From Curvularia clavata (lineage: Eukaryota): 64,000 nt of DNA. Position numbers and translations under genes: made by a program. Positions within the stretch are counted from its first letter, which is position 1. Every line of letters starts with the position of its first letter. The DNA is taken from contig CP089281.1 in the NCBI GenBank assembly GCA_023920165.1, positions 1,426,001-1,490,000 of the forward strand, given 5' to 3'. Under the pieces are notes generated by a model. It was not told the origin of the DNA. It searched no databases and was given only the letters and a program-made list of their open reading frames with translations. Of the stretch, positions 61,538-64,000 are shown in pieces.

Positions 61538-64000
61538 ATGCGACCGATACCGGGCGGCGACGCCCTTCCTACTGCTGTTAAGCCGCGCTCGCGCAAGTCG
61601 AGCATCGACCCTGTCGCCCCTGTATCTCATGTACCCACTTCGTTCGTCTTCAAGCGATTCGAGGACTTGGAGCAACCCGCAGCTCCGCTTCACACTCCAG
61701 CTTCCTCGGGGAAACATGAGGAACACAGCTCGTACGGCGTGCAAAGTCTCGCAGATACGCTGGAGGCTGCATTTGGTTCCGAAGATGCAACAAGGAGCAA
61801 CGACTCGCCTAGGACAGATCGGACCAAGACCCGTGGCGTAAGGAGCTCGAGGTCAGTGTCGCATGGCTCGTCGACTGATTCCGCAACCTTGCCAGAGGAC
61901 ACAAAGTCAAACAGAACCTGGAAATTGAAGAGGAACCTCTCCAATCATGGTTCTTGTCTACCGTTAAAGCTGCCTTGCGCAGACGTGCCCTCCCCATACC
62001 CTACATCTGCAATGCCTAGCACACCGACCTCAGCTTCGATAACATCGCTCAAGCTGTCCGACGAAGATTCCGCTCTCGAGGAAGCTGCCAGTCAAGCCGC
62101 CATGTCGAGCGGGGGTGAGGAGGAGCATGTCGAGATGCCACAGGACACCTTGAGCTTTCCACAGCTTGTCATGCCCGTGATGCAGATGCCAACGAGACGA
62201 CCTTTTACGACCAAGGGGAAAGCCATGAGCAAGCTCAAGGTGATGGTTGCGGGTGAAATAGGTGCGTGATGCAAAGTGCTGACAGCAAGTGTGCATGTTC
62301 AGTCCCCCATGTACTGATTTCACGATACAGGTGCCGGCAAGTCTTCTCTCGTTCGCTCAATCGTCCAGGCATGTGAAGACATTGTACACATAGACCCGCT
62401 ACCGCACCCCCATTCGAACCCGCAACCACAGAAAAACAAGTCAAAGTCTCGCACAAGAAAGCCAGAGCATGTAGGCACCGCACGGGTGACTGAGATACAT
62501 GCGAGCACCAAACCCTATCCACACTGGTGGGCCGACCTGGAAGAGACTCGCACACACAAGAAGAGGAAGAATAGCAGCGATACTGTCTTGGAGAGAAACA
62601 TATGTTTTGTAGATACCCCCGGATACTCGCCAGGACCGACAGAGGGAGAGGATATGGGTGCCGTGATAAACTATGTCGAATCACTCTTTTACCAAACATC
62701 ATCAGTCATATCGCTGGAAGACAGCGATGCACTTGGACTGGTCAGTGGCAGTGGTGGCGTCCTTGTAGACGTTGTAATCTACCTGCTATCACCTGGTAAG
62801 ATAAGACCCATTATGACCCGTGCAGTTTTTCATTGCTGACATTTAGCAGGAAAAGACATCAGCAAGGACATTGACTATATGCAGCAATTGTCGTACCTCA
62901 CCAACGTCATCCCTATCATAACAAAGTCGGACACTCTTTCTGCGCAGGAGATTGTAACATTGAAAACTTCCATCCTGGCCCAGCTGCAGACAACCGCCTT
63001 CAAACCTTTCTTCTTTGGAGAAACCATTGATGATGCTTTGCTCAACGTGCAAGGCCTTTCAGTAGTCTCGGATAATTCTGGAGAAGCAACGCAATACCCT
63101 TTCACAACACCTACCTATCCATATGCTGTATCCTCTACCCTGGGCCCGGATCACGACAACATGGACGCATCAGTGCTCATGTCGCCAGACTATGTGCAAC
63201 CCCTTCTTCCTTCGGAATTGACAACGCTAGTGAACCGAGTGTTTGATCCCGAGTCTATCGACTGGCTTCGACATTCAGCAGCGAAGAAGTTTGTGGCATG
63301 GCGGCGTAAGATGAAGCTCCCAGGCGAATCGACCATGATGCCTAGCAGGATTCCACCACGCAGCCCAACGGTGACTTCGATAGGGCTAAATGGAGCTGCT
63401 TCCAATCGTGAGTATTATTCACATCAGAATTCATCATCAAGCTAATCCGTCCACCAGCGTCATTGGCATCTTCTGTCTTCTCTGCTACATCGCCATCAGG
63501 TGTCCTAGTACCAGGTTCAGGATCGCCATTCTACCCTTCAAACCTCCAATCTCCCATCCTAGCATCCTCCCTAGCCAATTCCGAAGGCCTCGAACCACCG
63601 GGCGACTTCTCCCTGACGAGATATGGCCAGCTTACGCAAGGCGACCAAGGTTTCAGCCAAATCAGAATCGCAAGATGGGCCACGGATCTACAGCGCAGTC
63701 GTCGCAACGAGAGAGACCGCTTCGAGGAGCTCCAGAGTAACGAGAGAGCAAAATGGCTGCTAGAGTGTGTCAACGAAGAAGTCCCCAAAGGCACAGTCGT
63801 TGCATCTCCAGGCGCTGCGCCTAGGGCGGAATGGGCTATGGTCCGGCACGGCGATGAAAAGAAGTCTCGCAGCTTCGGCCAGCGATACGTCAAACCCATG
63901 ACTGGACTTGACTCACGAGATCCTCTTGGTCTCTGCGACTTGAGCGACGAGCTCAAGCGTCGGAGCTATGTTCTCGTCAAGATTCTGGGCGGAGTCAGTG
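61538..64000 (+). CDS. Septin-like P-loop GTPase-domain protein, multi-exon, truncated by the window end
   Basis: Spliced G1 KVMVAGEI|GAGKSSL, G3 NICFVDTPGY and G4 TNVIPIITKSDTL. Long Ser-rich N-terminus. Confidence 0.82.

Noticed and set aside
1..64000. tRNA, 5S rRNA or intact mobile elements
   Set aside because: None recognised by eye. tRNAscan-SE, Infernal and RepeatMasker would be needed to exclude them.

Overview
Intron-rich eukaryotic DNA from a filamentous ascomycete, most likely Dothideomycetes/Pleosporales (inferred from the gene order around MAT). The left end holds the mating-type locus in the order GH3 beta-glucosidase (BGL1) - MAT1-1-1 (alpha-box) - pyridoxamine-phosphate-oxidase-like ORF1 - F-BAR/RhoGAP (GAP1). 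No HMG-box MAT1-2-1 and no APN2/SLA2 are visible. A run of conserved genes follows: NIPSNAP, EPT1/CPT1, Gemin2-like, HTS1, a small mitochondrial membrane protein, ERF2-like DHHC and ASH1-like SET. Further right are an AA11 LPMO, a class-3 lipase, a desaturase, a large coiled-coil protein, a head-to-head pair of DHCR24-like FAD oxidoreductases, a G3BP/Bre5-like gene and a septin-like GTPase cut by the window edge. AT-richer islands carry an 8-Cys secreted effector candidate, a PNP-NACHT NLR whose NACHT part is decayed, and probable NRPS relics. The most unusual unexplained structure is a three-copy ~43-bp element with a conserved CTGGT-N7-ACCAG inverted core just downstream of the MAT1-1-1 stop codon. 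All exon models were read by eye from GT/AG and branch-point signals; no database searches were run.
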